A stretch of DNA of 64,000 bases, taken from assembly GCA_963663805.2 (NCBI GenBank), contig CAXXMR010000013.1:288001-352000 (forward strand). Direction: 5' to 3'. The stretch is from Sedimentisphaerales bacterium (GTDB lineage Bacteria; Planctomycetota; Phycisphaerae; Sedimentisphaerales; SM23-30). The translations under genes were made by a program, and so were the position numbers. The notes beneath the pieces were generated by a model that was not told the origin of the DNA, ran no database searches, and worked only from the letters and a program-made list of their open reading frames with translations. Shown here piece by piece: positions 28,647 through 37,637 of the stretch (position 1 is its first letter; each line of letters starts with the position of its first letter).

Positions 28647-29396
28647 ATGAAAGAAACTAAGCAACAACAGTATAAATTTGATGAATTTGAGCAGCATGTA
28701 TCTCTTAATAATATAATTCCTGCTGGAAATGGAAAACATATTGAACTGCTCAAATATATTGCAGCCGGGATACAGAGTGGAAGTTTCAGAATAAATCCCT
28801 CTCTGTTGATTGTTGGAGAAGGGGCAAAAACTATTGGGATTGCTTTGGGAAATACTATTTGTTCTGAAGACATAAGAAAATTAGATTCAAAGTATTTTTT
28901 TGGGACTCAAAATCAAAAGGACTTTTTTGAAAATAGTTATTGTGATACGGTCCATATACTGAGCAATATAGACAAAATGGGGATGTTTGAAGGGGTTCTA
29001 TGGCATTTTTTGAGACTAAGAGAATATAAATTTACGGGGATGGATAAGACGTTTGAAATACTTCACGTCAATGGAATCATAATATTAACTGCTAAAACTA
29101 TTACATCTATCTCTCCCCCAATAATAAATGCTTTAGATTTTAAAATTAAAACTGAACCATATACTCAAGAGCAACTGGAACAGATAGTAAGTCAAAGGCT
29201 TAAATTTTGCTCTATTCATTATGAATCAGAAAATGTATTAAAGGCAATAGTTGCGAAAGGGAGTGGAGAATTAAAGCAAATCATTGATCTTCTGAAAATG
29301 TGTATTCTTCTACTTGAAGAAGAAGGCAAAAAAACTGTGACAGAGGAAATAGTTGAAAAAGCAGTCAGGTTAATAGAGAGTTTCACCAGAATATGA
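28647..29396 (+). CDS. Degenerate RuvB-like AAA+ protein (probably inactive)
   Basis: Same layout as the 37638-38609 product, but Walker A collapsed (VGEGAKT), no acidic Walker B pair, no C-terminal winged helix. Confidence 0.55.
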   Translation: MKETKQQQYKFDEFEQHVSLNNIIPAGNGKHIELLKYIAAGIQSGSFRINPSLLIVGEGAKTIGIALGNTICSEDIRKLDSKYFFGTQNQKDFFENSYCDTVHILSNIDKMGMFEGVLWHFLRLREYKFTGMDKTFEILHVNGIIILTAKTITSISPPIINALDFKIKTEPYTQEQLEQIVSQRLKFCSIHYESENVLKAIVAKGSGELKQIIDLLKMCILLLEEEGKKTVTEEIVEKAVRLIESFTRI

Positions 29397-29412
29397 AAAA
29401 CTTATTTTTATA
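29383..29412 (+). promoter_or_regulatory. Island motif copy 4
   Basis: TCACCAGAAT-N16-TATA. Confidence 0.72.
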
Positions 29413-29447
29413 CATGTAGCAAGATAATAATTTTAGGATAAAAAGAA

Positions 29448-29702
29448 ATGATAATCAGAGCCATAACGAAAAGCAGAAATGGGTTCAGAGTCTATTTTGA
29501 GAATGGAAGAATCCTTATTCTGAAATCTTTTGATGATAATTTTCAAGGCATTTCTTATTGGGGAGAATATTGGGGCATAAATGATTTGGACATTGAGGAA
29601 GGAGAAATAATTGGGGAGCAGATCATAAACTACTGTGATTTGCCCGGCATAATTCAAAGTCATGTTGAAAAACTCTTGTCTTGTTTAGAAAATGGAGATT
29701 GA
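29448..29702 (+). CDS. Hypothetical protein
   Basis: 84-aa ORF directly after motif copy 4. Confidence 0.55.
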   Translation: MIIRAITKSRNGFRVYFENGRILILKSFDDNFQGISYWGEYWGINDLDIEEGEIIGEQIINYCDLPGIIQSHVEKLLSCLENGD

Positions 29703-29976
29703 AAAAATGTCTTTGAAATTTAAATGTCCCAAATGTCAATGCGAAGATTTAGAAATAGTTGAGACCGATGTCATAATGAGTTCAAAAGTAGTTGAAATAG
29801 ATGAAGATCTATGCTTTGAATATGACCTTTTAGAATGCGATGGGGGCTATGTGGATCGGTTTCAGTGCTTCAATTGCGGGCTTGTCCTCAAGAATGAGCA
29901 GCAGGAAACGATAACCCAAGAAGAGGATGTGGTAAAATGGATAAGGGAAAACTGTCCCCAAGAGAATAATGATTAG
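29692..29976 (+). CDS. Acidic Zn-finger protein
   Basis: CPKC and CFNC pairs. Confidence 0.6.
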   Translation: MEIEKMSLKFKCPKCQCEDLEIVETDVIMSSKVVEIDEDLCFEYDLLECDGGYVDRFQCFNCGLVLKNEQQETITQEEDVVKWIRENCPQENND

Positions 29977-29977
29977 A

Positions 29978-30223
29978 TTATTCGAGTTCTTTTAGCAGTC
30001 GGGAAAAGGCTTTTTTGGGGTCAATTTCGCAGGCATTACACCAGGCAATAAACTCGGTGATGTCAACACGGCGGTTTGCGGTTTCGCAGTTGTAGATATA
30101 GGATTGAGGTTTGGTAAGTAGTTGTCCTATATCCCGTTGCGTTAATTTTGCATCTTCCCTCATCTGCCTGAGAAAGCCTGGTAGAACCCGATACATCATT
30201 CTATGTTGTGATTTTGTTGCCAT
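29978..30223 (-). CDS. XRE-family HTH regulator
   Basis: LRQMRE.AKLTQ.....L.KPQSYI...E...RRVD. Confidence 0.88.
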   Translation of the reverse strand: MATKSQHRMMYRVLPGFLRQMREDAKLTQRDIGQLLTKPQSYIYNCETANRRVDITEFIAWCNACEIDPKKAFSRLLKELE

Positions 30224-30224
30224 A

Positions 30225-30270
30225 TGACCCTAAAATAGTGTCAAAATGGCTTGACACGAGTTCAGGGTCA
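30225..30270. promoter_or_regulatory. 46-bp imperfect palindrome (operator) overlapping TTGACA-N16-GATAAT
   Basis: Arms TGACCCTAAAATAGTGTCAA / TTGACACGAGTTCAGGGTCA, 17 of 20 complementary. Confidence 0.7.
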
Positions 30271-30278
30271 GAGATAAT

Positions 30279-31151
30279 ATGCCTGAATCAGAACGACCTC
30301 TAAAAAATAGGATGCAGATTATGATTAAGTTCCGTTGCAGTTCATGTAATCAGAAAATTGGCGTTCCACAGAAATATGCGGGCAAAAACGTCAAATGTCC
30401 CAAGTGCAGTTCTCCTAATTCTGTCCCCGAGCCTGACCCAACTCCCCCAGTTGAGGAACCTGTAGTTGATGATGGTTTTGGCTTATTGGGTGAGCTTCTG
30501 GAACAGGAGGAAAGTACCGCTCGTTCTGCTCAACAAGACCCTGCTACTAAACCATGTCCTTTTTGTGGTGAAAGGATTCTCAAAACGGCCAAGAAATGCA
30601 AGTATTGTGATGAGTACCTTGATAAAAAGACCAGCAGGCCAAAGCCAGTTCAGGAACCTCGCTATTATCAACAGCCAGTAGTAGTTCAATATTCAGAAAA
30701 ATGGTCTGGAGGGACTTTTGCCGGATTAATAATCGGAACCCTCTTTATCCCTCTTCTTGGTTTTATTATGGGGATTGTAGGGATGTGTAACAGAGATAAA
30801 AGGGGGCAGGGAGCCTGGTTATTCGCCCTATCATTTTTGCCTGGTATTTTATTGTTTATTGGCTTTGTAATGTTAGGAGTTGCCGCGGAGTTAGACCCGG
30901 AAACCTCAAGTTATATGCAACAGGTTGAAAGAGATACTAATGCCTTTATACAGAGTATCGAACAAGAAACTATTGCTGATGCTATCAATGAATATGAAAT
31001 AACCAAGCGAAATGGCAGTGCGATGGATGCCTACATCCGAGCCGGCATTGTTGCAGAATTATATTTACAGGCAAACGATGAAGCCAACTATGTAAAGTGG
31101 AAGAATGTAGAGAAACAGGAAGCATTCAGAGCAGATGTTCCTTGGGAATAA
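30279..31151 (+). CDS. Double Zn-ribbon membrane protein
   Basis: CSSC/CPKC and CPFC/CKYC, two TM helices; start may be 30320. Confidence 0.75.
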   Translation: MPESERPLKNRMQIMIKFRCSSCNQKIGVPQKYAGKNVKCPKCSSPNSVPEPDPTPPVEEPVVDDGFGLLGELLEQEESTARSAQQDPATKPCPFCGERILKTAKKCKYCDEYLDKKTSRPKPVQEPRYYQQPVVVQYSEKWSGGTFAGLIIGTLFIPLLGFIMGIVGMCNRDKRGQGAWLFALSFLPGILLFIGFVMLGVAAELDPETSSYMQQVERDTNAFIQSIEQETIADAINEYEITKRNGSAMDAYIRAGIVAELYLQANDEANYVKWKNVEKQEAFRADVPWE

Positions 31152-31209
31152 ATGGCAAGAAACGGTAAGCCATTTCGAGAGTTTAAAACGACGAATAAAA
31201 GGAACTAAG

Positions 31210-31602
31210 ATGGGAAACCAAACCAAAGATTGTCCTTATTGTGGCGAACAAATTCTCTCAACTGCTCAAAAATGTAAATTTTGTAAGGAATTTCTGAATG
31301 GGGGGGTAAGGGTTCAGAATAGGCCTTCCCACAAACTTGGTGATGATGCTGGGGTAAGAATGCTCTTGCCTGTAGGCAGGAGTGGATTATCAATCTTAGC
31401 GGGTTATATGGGGATTTTTTCTTTAGCATTGATTCCTGCTCCTTTGGCAGTATTAGTCAGCATTCTAGCCATTGTTGATATTTTGAGGCATAGGGAAAAA
31501 CATGGCATGGGCAGAGCTGTTTTCGGTTTGATATTGGGCATAACCTGCTCAATTCTGCTATTCTATAATAACTTTGAGATATTACGAAAGCTTCTGGAGT
31601 AA
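31210..31602 (+). CDS. Zn-ribbon plus DUF4190-like membrane protein
   Basis: CPYCGEQI...KCKFC; PVGRSG, HGMGRAVFGL. Confidence 0.75.
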   Translation: MGNQTKDCPYCGEQILSTAQKCKFCKEFLNGGVRVQNRPSHKLGDDAGVRMLLPVGRSGLSILAGYMGIFSLALIPAPLAVLVSILAIVDILRHREKHGMGRAVFGLILGITCSILLFYNNFEILRKLLE

Positions 31603-31607
31603 TAGTC

Positions 31608-31991
31608 ATGAGTAATCAAACAAAAGCATGTCCTTATTGTGGTGAGCAGATTCTTATTTCTGCTCAAAAGTGTAAGTTCTGTAAGGAATTTCTGAATATC
31701 AACATAAGGGTTCCGAGAAGACCTGCCCAGAATCTTGGGGATGATGCTGGTATTAGAATGCTCTTGCCTGTAGGCAGAAGTGGCTTAGCGATTGCAGCAG
31801 GATATTTGGGCTTTTTTTCGGTACTCCTGTTTCCCGCTCCTATTGCTCTTCTTATTAGCATTCTAGCAATATTTGATATCAAAAAGAATGAAGAAAAACA
31901 TGGTATGGGCAGAGCTGTGTTTGGATTAATAATGGGCTCCATTTTCACTTTGGGACTAATCCTTTTTATTATTGGCGGAACAGCAAAATAA
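31608..31991 (+). CDS. Zn-ribbon plus DUF4190-like membrane protein (paralog of the previous gene)
   Basis: Nearly identical motifs to 31210-31602. Confidence 0.78.
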   Translation: MSNQTKACPYCGEQILISAQKCKFCKEFLNINIRVPRRPAQNLGDDAGIRMLLPVGRSGLAIAAGYLGFFSVLLFPAPIALLISILAIFDIKKNEEKHGMGRAVFGLIMGSIFTLGLILFIIGGTAK

Positions 31992-32031
31992 GATATTTCA
32001 AGTATTAGAACCATACTTGAAAAGGATCAAA

Positions 32032-32436
32032 ATGAGTTCAACAAAAACATGTCCCTATTGTAGCGAAGAGATTTTGTCTGCCGCAATAAAATGTAGACAT
32101 TGTGGGGAATTCTTTAACAATGGCTCATCACGAACAAATAGTTATCAATCGGATTACCGTAATATTGATTATGGCATTACAATTAATTCTCGAAATAATA
32201 CATTAGCGACTATCGCTTTTGTCCTGTCTCTGATTTCAATTTTTACTGGATTTACCTGTTTGCCAGCTATTATTTGTGGCCATATAGCCATATCACAATG
32301 CAACAATGACCCCTCATTGACAGGCAGAGGGATGGCTGTGGCAGCTTTGGTTATTGGATATGTAATCTTTATTGGAGGAATAATTATTGGATTATTTTTA
32401 CTGGGAATATTTGGTGCTGCTGTAAGTGGAATGTAA
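32032..32436 (+). CDS. Zn-ribbon plus DUF4190-like membrane protein
   Basis: CPYCSEEI...KCRHC; AIICGHIA...GRGMAVAALVIG. Confidence 0.78.
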   Translation: MSSTKTCPYCSEEILSAAIKCRHCGEFFNNGSSRTNSYQSDYRNIDYGITINSRNNTLATIAFVLSLISIFTGFTCLPAIICGHIAISQCNNDPSLTGRGMAVAALVIGYVIFIGGIIIGLFLLGIFGAAVSGM

Positions 32437-32459
32437 GTTAGGGCAGATTATTAAACTCC

Positions 32460-32780
32460 ATGACCAGTTCAAATCCCAAGTTCAATGTTGGCAAAATAAC
32501 AATCACTTTATTTGCTCAACTTGCCCTTGAAAGATCAGGTCAAAAAATAGATGAATTCCTGAATCAGCATAAAAAAGGAATCTGGGGCGAGATAACAAAG
32601 GAAGAAACAGAAGAAAATGAGAAAACTGTTATCAGTAAAAATAGAAATGGGAAGAAGATCATTTCCTCTCATGTAACTTCATTTCAGGAATACCTATGGA
32701 TCATAACTGAGTTCAGTAAAAATATGACTATAGTTCTGTTGCCTCATGAATATGAAAGATTTTTTGAAAATGGAAAATGA
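32460..32780 (+). CDS. Plasmid-related hypothetical protein
   Basis: F.VG....T...H..G.WG...WIITE.....T.VLLP.EY pattern. Confidence 0.6.
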   Translation: MTSSNPKFNVGKITITLFAQLALERSGQKIDEFLNQHKKGIWGEITKEETEENEKTVISKNRNGKKIISSHVTSFQEYLWIITEFSKNMTIVLLPHEYERFFENGK

Positions 32781-33099
32781 ATGATTGTCAGGGACAGTTT
32801 TGAGATATTTTAGGGGAAAATACTTCAAGAATTATGTGAAAAATGGATATAACTATAATAAAGAAAAGGTATTAAGAATAATGAGAAATATATTGCTTAA
32901 ATAAAGGGACATGCTATAATGACTATTAGTCCCTAGGGCTTTGTTGTTTTGGACCAGGGGCGGATTGATTCTGTTTGAAAAGTATTTTGAGCAAACGTCC
33001 GAGAGAGAGATGGTGATAGTGTGCACCATTTCTTTCTTGGACGTTTTTTTGTGCGGATGTAAAAAGAAAAGGTTAATACTTATTAAGGAGAACTGGAAA

Positions 33100-33873
33100 A
33101 TGAAAAAACTATTATTATTATGTTTAGGGCTAATTCTAGTTTCTATCTCTGAAGTTCAAGCGAACTTATCAGATGGGTTAGTGGCTTGTTATCCTTTTAG
33201 CGGAAATGCTGATGATATGAGCGTAAATAATCTTGATGGAACAGTTTTCGAAGCATCTTTAACAAATGACAGATTTGATAATCCAGAACAGGCATATTTT
33301 TTTGATGGGCAGAATGATTATATAGAGGTTGAAAATACAGGTGGTGCATTTGACTTGGTGAATTCATGGTCAATATCTGTTTGGGCAAAGCCCGCTGAAC
33401 CGATTAATTTGCCTTCAGGTATTGGAGCACCTGTGGTATGGAAAACTGCTTTTGTGGGAGATAATAAGCAGACATTCACTTTGGGATGGGAAGGTGACAA
33501 AATCCTGCTGCGAATGGAAAGGGCTTCTAATGATGAAGATGTTAAACTGTTTTCAGCAGAGCCATATAATAATCTAACTGACTGGATCCATATTGTTGGC
33601 ACATATGATGGAAATACTATGAGTCTGTATTTAGATGGGGCACTCAATAATAGCCGTGATGTAGGTGAAGTAATTGCTTATACCGGTCCTGCTCCCTTGA
33701 GAATTGGAAATGACCAATATTCAGGAGGAAGTGTTTTTCATGGTGCTATAGATGATGTGCGTATCTATAATCGTGCCCTCTCGGAAGAGGAAGTTTTAAG
33801 TTTGGTCCCCGAACCAGCAACTCTTTCCCTTTTCGCTATAGGAGCTTTATCTTTAAGAAGAAGAAAATCCTAA
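33100..33873 (+). CDS. LamG-like jellyroll protein with PEP-CTERM
   Basis: Signal peptide, WIHIVGTYDG..LYLDG, IDDVRIYNRALS, VPEP-TM-RRRK. Confidence 0.88.
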   Translation: MKKLLLLCLGLILVSISEVQANLSDGLVACYPFSGNADDMSVNNLDGTVFEASLTNDRFDNPEQAYFFDGQNDYIEVENTGGAFDLVNSWSISVWAKPAEPINLPSGIGAPVVWKTAFVGDNKQTFTLGWEGDKILLRMERASNDEDVKLFSAEPYNNLTDWIHIVGTYDGNTMSLYLDGALNNSRDVGEVIAYTGPAPLRIGNDQYSGGSVFHGAIDDVRIYNRALSEEEVLSLVPEPATLSLFAIGALSLRRRKS

Positions 33874-33898
33874 AATAATAACTGACAATTTCCTTACG

Positions 33899-33933
33899 AA
33901 AGGCTGTATGGTTTCGGCTATACAGCCTTTTTT
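33899..33933. terminator. Bidirectional intrinsic terminator
   Basis: AAAGGCTGTAT...ATACAGCCTTT with T-run. Confidence 0.75.
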
Positions 33934-34440
33934 ATAATTCCAAATATTTACTCGAACAATCATCTGGTTTTACATGTAAATATCTTGAAGTTGTCTGAAT
34001 CGAACTATGCCCTAAACTTTGCTGAACGACATGGAGAGGGGCTTTTTCTGCTGAAATAGATGCATGAGCATGACGAAGATGATGATTTGCTATATTCTTC
34101 TTTATCCCAGCCTTTTTTCCTGCTTTCTTTACTATCCTCAAAGAAGTAGTAGGATGCATTTTAGAGTTTATATTTTTGCCGCGAAATATAAAATATTCAT
34201 CAGGAGCAGCCCCTCTATAATTCATTAATTCAGACCATAGAGGTTCAGGAATAAGAAGGGTTGGGTATGAATACTTTTTCCATGCAGCCAGAGTTGAATA
34301 AGTTCTTGATCCGTATCAGCTTGAGAAGGAATAATATTAGTCGGCTGAAATTGGGGAGAAGTTAGATCCTGAACGGCCTTATTTTCAGGATGCAGGATTA
34401 TATGGTTAATCGTGCATTTTTCAGGGCAGGAATAAGGCAT
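33932..34440 (-). pseudogene. Internally deleted Xer-like recombinase (paralog of 36160-37074)
   Basis: N-fragment QADTDQELIQLWLHGKSIHTQ; C-fragment HHLRHAHAS...LGHSSIQTTSRYLH. Confidence 0.8.
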
Positions 34441-34578
34441 GTTTTAGATTCCTATTCGGCAAAAAGTAATTATAAAATAGAGCTATACTTATACATGGAC
34501 CTATTTTAGGGGAGACTTACCGAAATATGCCGTATTGGGGATTATTTATATAATTCGAGGCGAAATAATCTGACTTAA

Positions 34579-34738
34579 TCACCCCTATAGGGTATAATAG
34601 CATCTGCCTAAGACAGTAATCTGAATATTTGCCCATAAAAAATGCCATTTTCACCCCTTTAGGGTATAAAAACATTTACTTTCTGCTTTGTTTAGCCGAT
34701 AGTATTCGAATGAAAGCTATATTTATACCCTAGAGGGA
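34579..34738. promoter_or_regulatory. Three putative HipB operators
   Basis: TCACCCCTWTAGGGTATAA at 34579-34597 and 34651-34669; inverted partial copy at 34723-34738. Confidence 0.65.
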
Positions 34739-34743
34739 TTATT

Positions 34744-34938
34744 ATGACGCTAGCTAAGGAAATTAAAGAAATGCGTAAGGCTGCTGGGTTGACCCAGGAT
34801 GATATATCCAAGCGGGCGGGAGTTGGCTTGCGATTCGTCCGTGAATTGGAACAGGGTAAGCCCACTGTCCGCCTTGATAAAGTTAAACAGGTCTTAGACC
34901 TTTTAGGTTATGAACTTTGTATAAGGCGTAAATCATGA
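34744..34938 (+). CDS. HipB-like HTH regulator (y4mF type)
   Basis: LTQ.D....AGVGLRFVRELEQGKPTVRLDKV. Confidence 0.88.
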   Translation: MTLAKEIKEMRKAAGLTQDDISKRAGVGLRFVRELEQGKPTVRLDKVKQVLDLLGYELCIRRKS

Positions 34939-35258
34939 CCCGCAGAGCTAGAGTTTTCTATCGCAAGATGTTTGCAGGTGTCTTGAGCGAAAAAGCCCAA
35001 GGTGGGTACCGTTTTGTCTATGATGCAGACTATCTGGAGAAAGGTCAGGCGATATCGCTTACACTTCCTCTGCAAGAAGAGTGCTTTGAGTCTGATGTAA
35101 TGTTTCCATTTTTTGCAGGTCTCATCCCTGAAGGCTGGTATCTTCACATTGTTGCTCCCACGATCAAGGTAGATGAACATGATACTTTTGGATTGCTGAT
35201 GCGAACCTGTGGCGATTGCATTGGTGCTGTCAGTTTACAGGAGTTGAATGATGAGTAG
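34935..35258 (+). CDS. HipS-like (HipA N-terminal domain) antitoxin
   Basis: ISLTLP, PFF.GLIPEGW, DCIGAV. Confidence 0.88.
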   Translation: MTRRARVFYRKMFAGVLSEKAQGGYRFVYDADYLEKGQAISLTLPLQEECFESDVMFPFFAGLIPEGWYLHIVAPTIKVDEHDTFGLLMRTCGDCIGAVSLQELNDE

Positions 35259-36138
35259 AGTTAACTATACTGACAAACAACTTATAGCTATGTTTGGCAA
35301 GCCCATTCGCCCGGCAATCCCGATCAGTCTTGAGGAAATCTCTATTGAGGCTCAAAAACTTGCAGGAAAACTTAGCATATCCGGTGTTCAGCCAAAATTA
35401 TCTGTTCGTCTTGAGGGTGATAAGTTTCGACCTGTTGCTGTTGATGGTCAATTTATCCTCAAACCACAAACACAGCAGTTTGCAGAACTTCCGCAAAACG
35501 AGTATCTCTGTATGCAAATGGGGGGAAAGTTTGGTCTCAATACAGCTGAATCAATTTTATTGGAACTATCGGATGGGACAGGAGCTTACCTTGTCAAAAG
35601 GTTTGACCGTTTCAAAAAAGGCAGACGAATGGAAAAACTTGCTTGTGAAGACATGCATCAAATCCTGGGTGGACCGAATAAATACGCTGGCAGTTGTGAA
35701 CAGATAGCAAAGGTGATAAGCCAGTATTGTAATTTTGCACCGCTTGAATTGCAGCGTTTTTTTGAAATGCTGATATTCAATTTTGTTATTGGTAATGGTG
35801 ATGCACATCGCAAAAACTTTTCACTTTTAACTAACGAAAAAGGGATAGTCGCCCTAAGCCCTGTATACGACCTCGTATCTTCAAGATTGGTCATTCCTGA
35901 AGAAGATGATGAAATGGCACTAACCATAAACGGCAAACGCAATCGCCTTTGTAAAAAAGATTTTATTTCTTTTGCTGTAAATATCGGCATTGATGTCAAC
36001 TACGCAGAAAAAAGAATTTCAGAGTTAATAGAACTTAAGGATTATTTTTCTGTCATGGTAAGTGAATCTACACTAACTTTGCATCTGCGTCAAAAGCTTA
36101 GCGACATTATAACAGAACGGCTAGTTTGCCTAAAATAG
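35248..36138 (+). CDS. HipT/HipA-like kinase toxin
   Basis: SISGVQPK, ILKP, RFDR, GNGDAHRKNFS, LSPVYD. Confidence 0.9.
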   Translation: MMSRVNYTDKQLIAMFGKPIRPAIPISLEEISIEAQKLAGKLSISGVQPKLSVRLEGDKFRPVAVDGQFILKPQTQQFAELPQNEYLCMQMGGKFGLNTAESILLELSDGTGAYLVKRFDRFKKGRRMEKLACEDMHQILGGPNKYAGSCEQIAKVISQYCNFAPLELQRFFEMLIFNFVIGNGDAHRKNFSLLTNEKGIVALSPVYDLVSSRLVIPEEDDEMALTINGKRNRLCKKDFISFAVNIGIDVNYAEKRISELIELKDYFSVMVSESTLTLHLRQKLSDIITERLVCLK

Positions 36139-36159
36139 TGATTGTAATAGTGGAGTCTA

Positions 36160-37074
36160 TCATTTCAAATATTTACTACTGGACTCCGTTGGTCTTGCGT
36201 GAAGATAACGCCCCGTAGTTGCAATGGAACTATGATTCAACTGCTTCTGCACCAGATGAATCGGACAGCCATTTTCAAGAGCATGAGATGCATGAGAGTG
36301 TCTGAACCAATGAGGCGTAGCATTCTTGCCCAAAACTTTTACTGCAATTTTCTTAAGCATTTTAGAGATATAATCCGGATTTAAATGTCCTCCTTTTTGG
36401 CTCTCAAAGATAGGATAATTTTCTAATTTTATGCCCCTATATTTTAGCAGATCCTCATACAGATGAATAGGCAGTAAAATAGTATTTGTCTTATCGCCTT
36501 TTCCTAAAACATTAAGAATAGCCCCATTTGGAGTCTCTGAAATATCTTTCCATTTTAGAGAAACAAGTTCTGATATTCTCAATCCTGTATAATATAGAGT
36601 TTTTATGATAAGTTGATTCCTCTGATTTTCTATGGAATCAATTAATTTATGAACTTCATCTTCAGATAAGATTCGTTCTGCCAGTTTATTTTTGCCCTTG
36701 GGAATGATAAGTGGTTTTCCTGTATCATAAGGCAGATAGCCTATTTTATGAGCATAAGCAAATAGACTCTTAATACTCGCTAAAGTTCTTCTGACTGAAT
36801 TTAATGATAAAGATTGAGTTAAAAGAAAGTCAGAATAATCCTGCAAAAACTTCAATTTGCAAGATTTCAAGGGCTGATTGACATAAGCAAAGAATCCCTG
36901 AATATCCTTCATGTAGGCTCTTTGAGTATGCTTACTCCTGCCATGCAGCCAAAGTTCAATTAATTGATCATCATTATCTGCCTGTTGAGTAACCAGGTCA
37001 GATGGATTGTTGGATAACACCTGATAATTGCTGTTATCAGACATTTTTGAGATTATTTGACTACAATTAGACAT
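36160..37074 (-). CDS. XerC/D-like tyrosine recombinase
   Basis: TGLRISEL, GKGDK, HWFRHSHAS, LNHSSIATTGRY. Confidence 0.9.
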   Translation of the reverse strand: MSNCSQIISKMSDNSNYQVLSNNPSDLVTQQADNDDQLIELWLHGRSKHTQRAYMKDIQGFFAYVNQPLKSCKLKFLQDYSDFLLTQSLSLNSVRRTLASIKSLFAYAHKIGYLPYDTGKPLIIPKGKNKLAERILSEDEVHKLIDSIENQRNQLIIKTLYYTGLRISELVSLKWKDISETPNGAILNVLGKGDKTNTILLPIHLYEDLLKYRGIKLENYPIFESQKGGHLNPDYISKMLKKIAVKVLGKNATPHWFRHSHASHALENGCPIHLVQKQLNHSSIATTGRYLHARPTESSSKYLK

Positions 37075-37150
37075 TGAACGGGCTCCATTTCAACAGCAAT
37101 TATACAACATTAATGCAGTATTTAGGCTAAAGTTGTTCATAATATGAACA

Positions 37151-37591
37151 TCATTTCGACTTCAAAAATCGAAATAATTCTCTGATTATGACTCCATTAT
37201 CTAATCCCTCAATTCCTTGGGGATACAATTCCGAGAGGCATTTTGATACTTCTTTGATAGAACATTTCAGCCCCATACCATTAAGCGTTTCCATGTATTC
37301 CTGATATAGGGGATCAATTTTTTTAGACATTTTAAGGTTAGTATCTTTTTTTCGCGGAGAATAAAAAAGATGATACTGATTATTAGCTGCTATTCCTGTT
37401 TCTCTGATTTCAAGGCATTGCTGCTGAAGTTCAGCATTATACATCGGTCTATGAGTTCGCAAATCATAGATGGGTTGAGGTAATATTCCCTGCTCCAGTA
37501 ATTGATAGAATCTGGCTCTGCTCAAATTCAGAATCTGAGCCATTTCAGTAATTGAAACAATTTGTTTTTTTGACATCATTTTATTACTCAT
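37151..37591 (-). CDS. AlpA/excisionase-like HTH protein
   Basis: VSITEMAQILNLSRARFYQL...GILPQP. Confidence 0.65.
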   Translation of the reverse strand: MSNKMMSKKQIVSITEMAQILNLSRARFYQLLEQGILPQPIYDLRTHRPMYNAELQQQCLEIRETGIAANNQYHLFYSPRKKDTNLKMSKKIDPLYQEYMETLNGMGLKCSIKEVSKCLSELYPQGIEGLDNGVIIRELFRFLKSK

Positions 37592-37637
37592 CTGACTTCA
37601 TTTCTCCATCATTTAGACATTTAAATTTAAAAAATAT

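Noticed and set aside
27015..29412. CRISPR array or integron attC interpretation of the repeated motif
   Set aside because: The repeats are short, non-palindromic and irregularly spaced; no cas genes or attC-like structure seen
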